Shown: piece after piece, positions 9,547 through 18,067 of the stretch | How the letters are laid out: every line of letters starts with the position of its first letter | How positions within the stretch are numbered: the first letter of the stretch is position 1 | Assembly (NCBI GenBank): GCA_963708025.1 | Contig: CAVPSB010000025.1 | Location: 1-64,000 of the forward strand | Source of the DNA: an uncultured Candidatus Rokubacteria bacterium | GTDB taxonomy: Bacteria; Methylomirabilota; Methylomirabilia; Rokubacteriales; DASRDR01 | Reading direction: 5' to 3' | DNA: 64,000 nucleotides | Translations under genes and position numbers: made by a program | Notes under the pieces: model-generated | What the model was told of the DNA's origin: nothing | The model's database searches: none | Seen by the model: only the letters and a program-made list of their open reading frames with translations

Positions 9547-10110
9547 GGGCATGCCCCGGAATCGGTACGCCCGTCGAACGCGATCCTGGCGCCACTGCGC
9601 GATGCGTCATGCCGCGTTTCGCCGTCGCTGACTGAGCACCGCCGGGATGTCGCGCCACCCGTCGACGCGCCGCAGCCGGATCTGGCCGCTGGCCACGAGG
9701 CCGAAGAGGAGGACCAGCGCCGCGTCCTCGGTGGGCAGGCTGCCCTGGGTCTTCACCCGGCGCCGGAACTCCTCATGCAGCCGCTCGATCACGTTTGTGG
9801 TCCCGAGGCCGCGGGCCACCAGATCGTCCAGGCAGCCCTTCCACGCGTCAAACGATTCGCCGCCGCAGAGGTCCAGCGCCACGAGCTGCTTCTGGCCGTC
9901 GGCGCGAATGGCGACCACGCCGAGGACCGGGACGCTGGTGACCTTCCCAGCGCTCCGGACCCGCAGGGCGATGGCGTCGAGGTAGACGGTCTTCGCCTGG
10001 GCGATCGAGGAAGCGAGCGCCGCGCTCGACGCGGAGCCGCCCCGTCGGTCCGCTCGACGTCGGCCGACGCCCGGTCACGCGGCGCTCGCCGACCTGGCGG
10101 CGCGTCATGA
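9547..10110 (-). mobile_element. IS256-family transposase remnant (internally deleted)
   Basis: VYLDAIALRVR..GQKQLVALDLCGGESFDAWKGCLDDLVARGL is joined directly to TTNVIERLHEEFRRRVK. GGG-starting terminal sequence at 9547. Confidence 0.8.
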
Positions 10111-10720
10111 CGGCCGACTGGTGAACGGCGTGATCAGGATCGTGAACAGCTAGATCAACGCCGCTCAGAAAGAAGCGGACCGGGTCGCCGAGCGATCCAT
10201 GTGCAAGATCTGGGATGGGTTCGCGTGTGACCCGGACGCTGAAGCGGCTTCGGACGGAGGTGACCGACGGAGTCGTGCGGCGGCGCGACCGGAAACGCGG
10301 CGTGGCACGGCGGGTCTTCGGGTTCGTGCCGCCTACCGGATCTCATGGGACACGCCTGGGCGGTGGTCCGGCAGGCCGCGCGCCGTTCGAGCTGCGCTCA
10401 GATGGCGGACCGGTTGTGGAGCGCGCATCAGCGTGCTGAAGCGGCGCCACGGCCTCCGACGCTATCGTCGGGGTCTCGCGGGCATCCCGAGCGTCAGGCG
10501 CCCTGGTCGGTCGCCTTCCTAACCCCGATCGGCGATTCGTCGAATGATCGCGACCACGCGAGCCCCAGGTCTGGCGCCGTGCCAGAGCTCGCTCCATCGG
10601 GTGGATGTCAACGCCACGTGGGTGGCCGTCATTCGAACGCATGCGATCGCCCCAAACGTCGGCTGCCCGAGCGGTGCCGAGTATGGCGATCGGTCTCCGG
10701 TAATCGCCGATCGGCGCTAA

Positions 10721-10960
10721 CTACCCCTGAATGACGAAGTAGCCGAACTGCGTCCACATGCTTCGTTGCCCCCAGGTCAATGGTCGGCGCCGTTCGCCGT
10801 CAGGTCGTTCCCGGGCAGTATCCGGTCGCCGTCCTTCTCGTCGCCGCCGGTCGAGAATGACTTGGGTGTCCGGCCCGTACTGTCGGCGAAGATCCTGGTA
10901 GAGCAGCATCTCATCCGCCCGGACGACGAGCAGCCGCGGTCGGTAGGGTGTCAGACCCAC
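10721..10960 (-). CDS. Small Arg-rich DRR/ERR-motif protein
   Basis: LLVVRADE.LLYQDLRRQY..DTQVILDRRRRE..ERRRP. Paralogous to the two neighbours. Confidence 0.65.
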   Translation of the reverse strand: MGLTPYRPRLLVVRADEMLLYQDLRRQYGPDTQVILDRRRREGRRPDTARERPDGERRRPLTWGQRSMWTQFGYFVIQG

Positions 10961-11043
10961 GTCTCTAGGCCGCGGAGGATCATGGTGGTGTGGAGGGGCT
11001 CACCCGATGGTCCGAGGAGCGGGATCATGTGGGTTGAGACGGT

Positions 11044-11391
11044 CTAGCCGACGAGGACGTCGGCGACCCGCGTCACTGGCCGTAACGTTCGAAGGCGGCG
11101 CTCGCCATGCCGACGCTCCGGCGGGCCCAGCCCGAGCGTTCGACGCCGTTCGGTCCGTCGACGGTCCACCACGATCCGCACGTCTGGCACGTCGGCGAAG
11201 GTGTGCAGGAGATGCCTGAAGAGATCCGGCTCGCTGACCGGCACGACAAGAACGGAGCGCGGGGGCCGAGACGGTCGGTCGCGGAGAACCCGGTCCTGGC
11301 AAGAGAGGCAGATCCCATGCGGGACATTGTGGAGATCCAGCGGCGGTTTCTCCCCGAGGACGCGGTCACACCACGCGCACACGCAGATCAC
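11044..11391 (-). CDS. CxxC..HGICxxC Zn-ribbon fused to a DRR/ERR-motif domain
   Basis: CAWC..HGICLSC, followed by VLVV..PDLFRHL..DVRIVVDRRRTERRR..ERRHGERR. Confidence 0.7.
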   Translation of the reverse strand: MICVCAWCDRVLGEKPPLDLHNVPHGICLSCQDRVLRDRPSRPPRSVLVVPVSEPDLFRHLLHTFADVPDVRIVVDRRRTERRRTLGLGPPERRHGERRLRTLRPVTRVADVLVG

Positions 11392-11790
11392 GAATGATCG
11401 ACTCCTAAATGGGAAGTAAGTGACGCGTACGGTGAGGGTAACTCTGTACGCTTGTCAATGCCTTCAAGTGTTGACTGTTTGGGCATTCCCCGCCGTTTGG
11501 AGGTCCCTCTCCGTGTTGGCCATCGGCACCGCGCGATTCAGGTGAACAGACGGTCTCGCGTCGCGGCCTCACCCGGTTTCGCTTATCCTCGAGTTGGCCC
11601 TCACGAGTACTTCCGCCCGCGCTGCGGAACCTCGCTGCCGTTGCTCATTGTGGGCGCCGAGCGGCGCCGGATTGTCCGTGGTCAATTCCTAACACCACCC
11701 CTGATCAGGAAGTGAGCGTTCAGCGGAGTCGGCCGTGCGGCACACTCATTAAATCAATCTGTTGGTAAGCTAGAGCGGATGGACGCCGAG

Positions 11791-11806
11791 TGGCACGCCG
11801 GATGCT
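11791..11806 (+). promoter_or_regulatory. Candidate sigma54 promoter
   Basis: TGGCACGCCGGATGCT (GG-N10-GC). It is very close to the RBS, so the geometry is imperfect. Confidence 0.45.
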
Positions 11807-11818
11807 CCATGGAGGACC

Positions 11819-12067
11819 ATGCGAGACAGACGGCCCCGACTCATCGTCGTTCGGCGGGGTGCCGTCGAGTTGTTCGAAGAACTCCAGGCCCGGTACAGGA
11901 GGGACGGGCGTACCACCATCATCTGGGATCGGCGGATTGCCGAGGGGCCGAACGAGGGGTCTCACCGGTCGCCACGCGAGCGACGGTTTCCGCGGGATCG
12001 CGACATTCTGATCGATCGCGGATTCTTCGTGACGCGAACCGGAAACCGTAGAGTCGAGGCCGGCTGA
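11819..12067 (+). CDS. Small Arg-rich DRR/ERR-motif protein
   Basis: GGAGG RBS. RLIVVRRG..LFEELQARY..TTIIWDRR..ERR..DRGFFV. Confidence 0.7.
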   Translation: MRDRRPRLIVVRRGAVELFEELQARYRRDGRTTIIWDRRIAEGPNEGSHRSPRERRFPRDRDILIDRGFFVTRTGNRRVEAG

Positions 12068-12106
12068 GGTCGGGCGCGGAGAGGCCTTGCGCTTACGAGC
12101 TGCCTG

Positions 12107-12523
12107 CTATGAGCTCGATAGTTGAGCGCGGGCTTGGGTCTCTGCCTGGGTCAGTAGTTCTTCAAGGTTGGACCCCGTCGTCGGGAAGCACGCCGAACCG
12201 AAGCCCATCGGGGCGAGATCCGAGAGCTCCTGATTCAGTCGCCCAATGACGGGCGCAATCTCCTCGAGCCCTACGTCAATGAGAAGAAGCCGCACCCCCG
12301 ACATTGAGGGCATGAGGCAAACGAGGTCGGAGCCGCGGATAGCCGCGCCTACGAGCCGAGCCATCGGCTCAGCCGATTCGACAGAACTCGAAAGAATCGT
12401 GATGATGGTGACTGGATACTGAAGTCGCAGAGCCTTCTTGATTTCCAAGCTTGCCACAAAGCGAAAGAGATGCTCCTCAACAACTTGGGCGCCTTCCGGT
12501 CTTTGCTTCATTTCCTCGCTCAA
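12107..12523 (-). CDS. Degenerate stand-alone GGDEF-like protein
   Basis: EIKKALRLQYPVTII..IRGSDLV..LLLIDV..GSACFPTTGSNLEELLTQAE follows the GGDEF scaffold. The GG(D/E)EF motif is absent. Confidence 0.6.
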   Translation of the reverse strand: MSEEMKQRPEGAQVVEEHLFRFVASLEIKKALRLQYPVTIITILSSSVESAEPMARLVGAAIRGSDLVCLMPSMSGVRLLLIDVGLEEIAPVIGRLNQELSDLAPMGFGSACFPTTGSNLEELLTQAETQARAQLSSS

Positions 12524-12860
12524 TCGGTCCTAAAGCCGCTTCCAAAGCATGGCACGCCTGCCCGGTAAGTGGAAAACGCCGAGCTTGCACGACCGACGCA
12601 CACTCTGACTTGGGCGAACGAGGCTGTCAAGATGAAGAAGTTTGCGCATTCGTCGGATCCTGTACTAGGCGGCCGATTGACTGGTGCTGACCGAGCTTCC
12701 CACGCCCGCCGTGAACGGATGGCCGCTCTTGGGTTCCGGTCATTTCGACTACCTTGGGGTGCCGACCCGTTGACCGCCGCCGCCTCGACGCGGATGCGCC
12801 CGAATGACGTGCCCATCGGCGCCGAGGCGACGGCTTTCCATCTAGTAGAGGCCTTCGCCC

Positions 12861-12983
12861 CTATCCGGCATACCCGTCCACGGTGTCATCAGGGCTAGCG
12901 GACCCGACGCCGGTGAGGCCCGCGAGCTTCTCCTCGTGTTTCACCAGCTCCGGTTCGACAAACTCCTCTTTGCGCGGCTCCAT
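12861..12983 (-). CDS. Lasso-type RiPP precursor A3 (40 aa)
   Basis: GGGAGGA RBS. MEPRKEEFVEPELVKHEEKLAGLTGVGSASPDDTVDGYAG. Leader is near-identical to A1. Confidence 0.85.
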   Translation of the reverse strand: MEPRKEEFVEPELVKHEEKLAGLTGVGSASPDDTVDGYAG

Positions 12984-13089
12984 CATTCCTCCCTTGGCTT
13001 TCAATCCACCCTTCCACCCTTCTGCTCCGTTTGCGCTCGACGACCGCTGCCGTCCCGGCCAGCCTGGCGCTGACGCCACCTTGCTGGCC

Positions 13090-13215
13090 GGGCGGCTGCG
13101 GCTCCCGGCGCTTCATCGGGGACGACGTGCCGATGCCGTCCATTCCGGTGATGTCCGCGAGCTTCTACTCGCGTTTCACCAGCTTCGGCTCGACGAACTT
13201 TACCTGCCTTGGTCC
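13090..13215 (-). pseudogene. Degenerate RiPP precursor copy A2
   Basis: ..RQVKFVEPKLVKRE*KLADITGMDGIGTSSP.. has the same leader, an in-frame TAG and no start codon. Confidence 0.8.
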
Positions 13216-13334
13216 TAAGTCGGCGTTGAAGCGTCGTCGGTGTTATACCCGACCGCCCCGGCGGTGAGGTCCGCAAGCTTCTCGTGGTACTTGACCAGCT
13301 CGGGCTCGACGAACTCCGCCTTCCGCTCTGTCAT
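13215..13334 (-). CDS. Lasso-type RiPP precursor A1 (39 aa; not in ORF track)
   Basis: My translation: MTERKAEFVEPELVKYHEKLADLTA-GAVGYNTDDASTPT*. FxxPxL RRE-binding motif, Thr(-2), Gly1, Asp8/Asp9. Starts 17 nt after the upstream stop. Confidence 0.9.
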   Translation of the reverse strand: MTERKAEFVEPELVKYHEKLADLTAGAVGYNTDDASTPT

Positions 13335-13351
13335 GAATCCGCCTTTCCGGT

Positions 13352-15248
13352 TCAGAGGTTCGCTCCGCGTGTGATGCCCAGCAGGTCCCGGACACGATCA
13401 CCCCCTTTCGTCGTCGCTCGTGAGGTCCCAAAATACCGCTCCGCCTTGAGTAGGCTGTTCACGGCATGCTGAGTGTGATCGATGCGCATCGTGCTATCCG
13501 CCAGCGAAGCGCGAAACCCACCCCAGACTCGCTCCGCGTGCTCCACGTAGAAGCTGTTATCCTTCGTGAATTGAAGGCGTAGAGTAAAGAGGACGGCGGT
13601 CAGCGCCGCCCGCTGATACAAGGCGGCGCGCTCGCGCTCCCCCAGTTGGCAGGCAAGGTCGTATGCCTCCAAGATCCCCTCGTTATAGGTGGCGCTCGGA
13701 ATCCCGGGCACCCGGCCGCCCGCGTATCCGCCCACGTAGTCTGGATACGGGGCGTTGACGCCGGTGTACTGGCGCGGCAGCATCCAGTCGGCCATCTCGA
13801 ACACGAACTCGGCATAGTCGCGCTCGCGAGTCAGCCGGTAGAGCTGCGCGTAGGCGGCCATCTGCCAGGGAGGGAAGGCCGAGGGTCGCTCCCGGCGGAA
13901 AAAGTCGCGGTAGTGAGGCAAATGCTCGTCGGAGCGCTTCGGGATATCGCGGGTCGGGATGCCGGGCGTGAAAAGTCATGAGTGCCAGCATCGCCTCGCC
14001 CGGGTAGAAGTCCTGCCCGTCGGCCCGCGTTGACGGGGGAAAATACGCGAGAAATCGACCGTTCGGCTGCTGGAGGCAGAGGATCGCCTCGGCCAACCGC
14101 TGTCCGAGCGCCAACAACCCATCGTCCTCGGCGGCGGCAACCGTCAGAAGGCCAAATGCCGTGGCGCCGAGCGTCACCTCTCCGCCATCGCCGTCCACCA
14201 GGGCGCTATTCGCGCCGGCCGGCCCGGGCCGTGTCTTCCCCTGGACGAAGGCGAGCGCCCGTCGGGCCGCTGCCCAGTACCGGGCGTCTCCGAAGCGGTG
14301 GGCCAGCTTCACCATCAGCCAGGTCGTGGCGACCTGGCGCACCACGTTGTCTTCCGGGGCATACCGGCCTTCGGCCGGCGCATACTGGTAGGCGAACCCA
14401 CCATCGGCCCGCTGGGTGCGAACCAGGAACTCGGCCCCTTCTCGGATCGCCTCGGCGATCCGATCCGGAGACCAGTCCCGGGCGCTGACGAGCCGGTTGG
14501 CGCGCAGCAGGTCGCACACGGCGACGCCACCCTCCCCCTCGATGAAGCTCGTGGAGCAGAAGCGCGAAAACCGGATTCCCGGGCGGCGATACGCCTTCCG
14601 CGGCCATCCGCCCTTCTCACAGAGCTGCGGAATCAACTCGCCGATCTTCCAGTTCCTGGTGATGGCCATCGCGCTCTTGAACAGTGCCCGCCGCCCTTCT
14701 TTCTCCACCATCACCCCGTGGATCCCCGGCTCGATCACCTCGACGAATCGCTTCAAGCGGCGCGCTCGGACGCGACTCGCCGGGCCCAGCACTTCGAGCT
14801 CGATCCTCAGGCGGGAAAGCTCATCGGCTCCGAGGGGGACGACGCGCTGGTCACGAAGCGTCCGCTGGGCCGCGAGGACCGTATTGTGGAACAGGGATCC
14901 GCCGCCCTCGCCGCGGCACCCCCGCATCGTCCCATCGACCCAGAACGTCACGAACACGGGCTCGGTGCGGTGCAGGAGCCGGGGTGCCGAGACCGGCATC
15001 GTCCCGTTTCGCTCGCCGCCCAGGTGGTGCGTGACGACCGTCCGGGCCAGATGAAGGAGAGAGCGCTTTTCTTCCTCACCGAGAATGGGCGCCGGACCGT
15101 CGTCCGCGGCGCTGGCCCGGCCGCGCCTCGACGCGACAAGCGGGAGATTCTGGCACCGGGTCGAGATTGCGCGTGCGACGTGTCTGAACAGACGAGTCTT
15201 CGCGGCGGCCTGGGCGAAGGCGATTGTCCGAGCCGCATGCCAATTCAT
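13352..15248 (-). CDS. AMMECR1-domain + alpha-helical toroid protein (+1 frameshift near 13920)
   Basis: VFVTFWVDGTMRGCRG..DQRVVPL..EL..LRIELEVL (AMMECR1). Then FLVRTQRADGGFAY, LQQPNGRF and RIDHTQHA. ATGA-coupled to the nucleotidyltransferase. Removing one base joins ORFs 13683..15287 and 13352..13921. Confidence 0.75.
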
Positions 15249-16498
15249 CGGACGGCCGCCCGCCTGTCCTTCGCCCGCATGCCCCACCAGCGGGCGGGAT
15301 GAAACGAGTAGAGGAAGTTCAGGAGCTCAGATTCCGGGTATCGCTTGGGCAGGAACCGATTGTCTTCCGGGTAATGCACCGCCGTTCGGTAGAGGGCGCG
15401 CCCGACACCGACCCATCGCTCCTCGCTCGCGAGGTGCCAGAGCAGTGCGTGAAAGGCGGAGGCCTGGTCTGGCGCACAGGATCCGAGGTCGGCCAGCCAC
15501 CGACGGCTCACCAGATCGATGAGCGCCCGCTCGCACATCCCACCGCCGGCCAGAGCCTGCGGCGGGATCGCGGTCCCCAACACCCTTTGCGTGAGTCCCA
15601 GGGCCACTCGGACCCGTCGGGCAATCCCATACCGTTCGGCCGCGCCGCCCAGATGAGCCCAGTCGAGTCGCTGTCGAGTCACGGCCAGGTCGATGTCGAC
15701 GAGGCGAGCGAGCCGGAGCTGCCCGTAGGCGTCCCCCGTGAGGTGGAGGCAAAGGTGGAGGAGGAGGTGCTCCGGGCGGAGAGAGAGAGTCTCGACGCCA
15801 GCGATTGTGGTCGCCTGCGCCTCCTGCCACAACTCGGCGATGTTGACGCCTGTGCCCGGCTTGGCGATGTGCCAGTGGAGCTCGAGCGGAAAGAACTGCC
15901 CCTCCCTCCAGAGCTGGTAGTGGAAGTGAAAGCGCGCATAGATCTTCGCGGTCGTCTGGACGTTGACCGGGCCCCGGGATCGGGGCAACAGGCCGGCACG
16001 TCGTGCGCGGGCCCGGAGGTCGGCCGGGACGATGGGATGCAGGCGATACCCGCGCTCTTCCAGCAGCTCCATGGCCCTTGCCCGCGTCTCTTTCGGCACG
16101 AGAAGATCGAGGTCGCCCATGTACCGGAGGGCGATGTCCCCATATAGCGAGGGGGCCATGGCCGCCCCCTTCAGGACCACCACCGGGACCCCGGCCTGAT
16201 GAAGCCCCTCCAGTACCCCTCCCAACTCACGGTAGAGGTAGGCGTTGCGCGCGAGATTGTGGACGTAGAGGGCCCGACAGCGCTCGGCGAGGGCCCGCAC
16301 AGGGCCATCGCCCTGTCCGCTGGCGACAAGGGGAGCCAACGTACGGTACACGAGTGGCCCGACACGGTGATCGGCAGCCGTGGCGGCAACGTGGTCCCAG
16401 CGAAATGCTCCGGGGTGGAAGTCCTTCGACGCGAGCCGCGGGGCGCGCCGGCCCAGCTCGATCAGCAGGCGCCGCTCCTCGGCGAGAGGTGTATTCAT
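15245..16498 (-). CDS. Nucleotidyltransferase (NTP_transf_5-like, lasso-cluster associated)
   Basis: VVVLKGAAMA..LYGDIALRYMGDLDLLV, LELHW, HLLLHLCLH, RLVDI. ATG overlaps the B2 stop (ATGA). Confidence 0.9.
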   Translation of the reverse strand: MNTPLAEERRLLIELGRRAPRLASKDFHPGAFRWDHVAATAADHRVGPLVYRTLAPLVASGQGDGPVRALAERCRALYVHNLARNAYLYRELGGVLEGLHQAGVPVVVLKGAAMAPSLYGDIALRYMGDLDLLVPKETRARAMELLEERGYRLHPIVPADLRARARRAGLLPRSRGPVNVQTTAKIYARFHFHYQLWREGQFFPLELHWHIAKPGTGVNIAELWQEAQATTIAGVETLSLRPEHLLLHLCLHLTGDAYGQLRLARLVDIDLAVTRQRLDWAHLGGAAERYGIARRVRVALGLTQRVLGTAIPPQALAGGGMCERALIDLVSRRWLADLGSCAPDQASAFHALLWHLASEERWVGVGRALYRTAVHYPEDNRFLPKRYPESELLNFLYSFHPARWWGMRAKDRRAAVR

Positions 16499-16959
16499 GT
16501 CGCTTGACGCTCCCGGCCGGGATGTCGATAGACCACCCTGAACCTCCTGGTCTGGTGGGTATCCCGTTCCAGGTAAAGCTCGCCGTTTCGCACCAGCCAG
16601 GCATGGCCGAGCAACCGGCGCACGCTCCGATACGGCGGCTGGTCGTCTTCGTATTTGACTCCGAAGCAGATCTCCAGGTTCGCCGCCTCGCCGCCTAGGA
16701 ACCGGTAGAGCGTCAGGCTCCGCGCCAGACAGGGGCCGCGTGGGTTCCACATCCGGCGTCTCAGGACAGAGTCGGTGCAGGCCACCACGAGATCGTCGTC
16801 AGCGGGGTGCGCGCGAGCCGCGGCAGTGCAAAGCTGAAGCAGGCGCGGCAGGCTGCACAGCCGAAGCAGAAGGGGAAGGATGGAGACAAAGGTCCAGATT
16901 CGGACGAACAGGACAGCCTTCCGGACCCACGAACCGCGGAACGGACTGCTAGAGCGCAC
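16495..16959 (-). CDS. Lasso peptide B2-type leader peptidase (transglutaminase-like)
   Basis: GTG with GGAGG RBS. Catalytic motifs PCLARSLTLY, FGV and GHAWL. Confidence 0.9.
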   Translation of the reverse strand: MRSSSPFRGSWVRKAVLFVRIWTFVSILPLLLRLCSLPRLLQLCTAAARAHPADDDLVVACTDSVLRRRMWNPRGPCLARSLTLYRFLGGEAANLEICFGVKYEDDQPPYRSVRRLLGHAWLVRNGELYLERDTHQTRRFRVVYRHPGRERQAT

Positions 16960-17962
16960 GGGCCCTCCCCGCTGTTCGTGGCTGAATACCGGCAACGAGG
17001 ACCCTGATGGCCCGACCGGGATCCGTGAGGAAATCGCGGCCGTGGAGGAACTCGTAGGTTGACGACTGCCGGACGAGAGCGCCGAGGGTTGCCAGCTGCC
17101 GTCTTGCGAGCTGGGGGCTCGGGGAAAGTGCGCTCTCGCCCAACAAGCGCCTAAAGGCCTCCGTCTGGGGGATCGGTCGGAGGACGCTCTCCGGCCCGGC
17201 GACGATTCGCGGGAACACGATGAAGGCGGGCCGACATTCTCCGACATGGGATCCACGGTATAGCTGCTCAGGACTGAAGTTCCGTTTGCCATTTTCGAGC
17301 GGTGGCAGCTCTTTGATGAACGACAGCTCGGTGTAGTGATCCACCCACATCGGGTCGAGGTTGAACGTCCGAAAGAATGCAACGCAGCGGACATCGTCCG
17401 GTCCGCCCGCGAGGAAGACGAAATCGTCGGTGACGTACTGGAACCCCGCATGGCGGATGAGAGCGAGCGCCAGGGACGTTTTCCCGCTGCCTGACGGGCC
17501 GGGGAGCAGACACCCGGCGCCGTCTTTGGTCACGGCGGCGGTATGGACGCCGTAGAACCCGCGGTGCCGGGCGAGTTCGAGGAGAGCGACCGAGACCAGC
17601 TCCATCAGGAGTCGCTGATTGGAAGCCGCCTGCCGGCTGACCCACACTGTCGCCCTCGAGGCGGTGGGCGTCACCCGTAGGCACGCGCCTCTTCCCGAGT
17701 CGTAGAAAAAATGACGACCCAGGCTCGCGGTGCGGTAGTTCGGATGCCGGCTGACCGGCTCGGCGGCCAGGGGAATGATCGGAAGCTTTTCCGGCGCCAC
17801 AACGGTCAGCCGCAGGTAGAACCGCTGAGGACCGAGGTGGCCGAGTCCCGCCTCCAGATAGCGCAGGTAGCCGGAGAGGAACTCGCGCACCACCGAGTCT
17901 CGGCAGGCGAGAGACACCGACTGGACGGTCAAGGGCGGGGCCGCCAATTCAGCGGACCTCAC
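16949..17962 (-). CDS. HPr kinase-like P-loop kinase (RiPP-associated)
   Basis: VHTAAV, GPSGSGKTS (Walker A), YVTDD. Confidence 0.85.
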   Translation of the reverse strand: MRSAELAAPPLTVQSVSLACRDSVVREFLSGYLRYLEAGLGHLGPQRFYLRLTVVAPEKLPIIPLAAEPVSRHPNYRTASLGRHFFYDSGRGACLRVTPTASRATVWVSRQAASNQRLLMELVSVALLELARHRGFYGVHTAAVTKDGAGCLLPGPSGSGKTSLALALIRHAGFQYVTDDFVFLAGGPDDVRCVAFFRTFNLDPMWVDHYTELSFIKELPPLENGKRNFSPEQLYRGSHVGECRPAFIVFPRIVAGPESVLRPIPQTEAFRRLLGESALSPSPQLARRQLATLGALVRQSSTYEFLHGRDFLTDPGRAIRVLVAGIQPRTAGRARAL

Positions 17963-18067
17963 CCGCTCGAAGAAACGGAATATCCTCGAGCACGCGCTCG
18001 AGCCGCCCGATCCGCCTACCCTCGATCCCGGCGCGGTGGCCGCCGGGTTCCTTGACCGTTCCCATCG

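Noticed and set aside
13165-13167. Recoded TAG (pyrrolysine or readthrough) in precursor A2
   Set aside because: The copy also lacks a start and RBS, and no pyl genes are seen. GAG-to-TAG decay is simpler.
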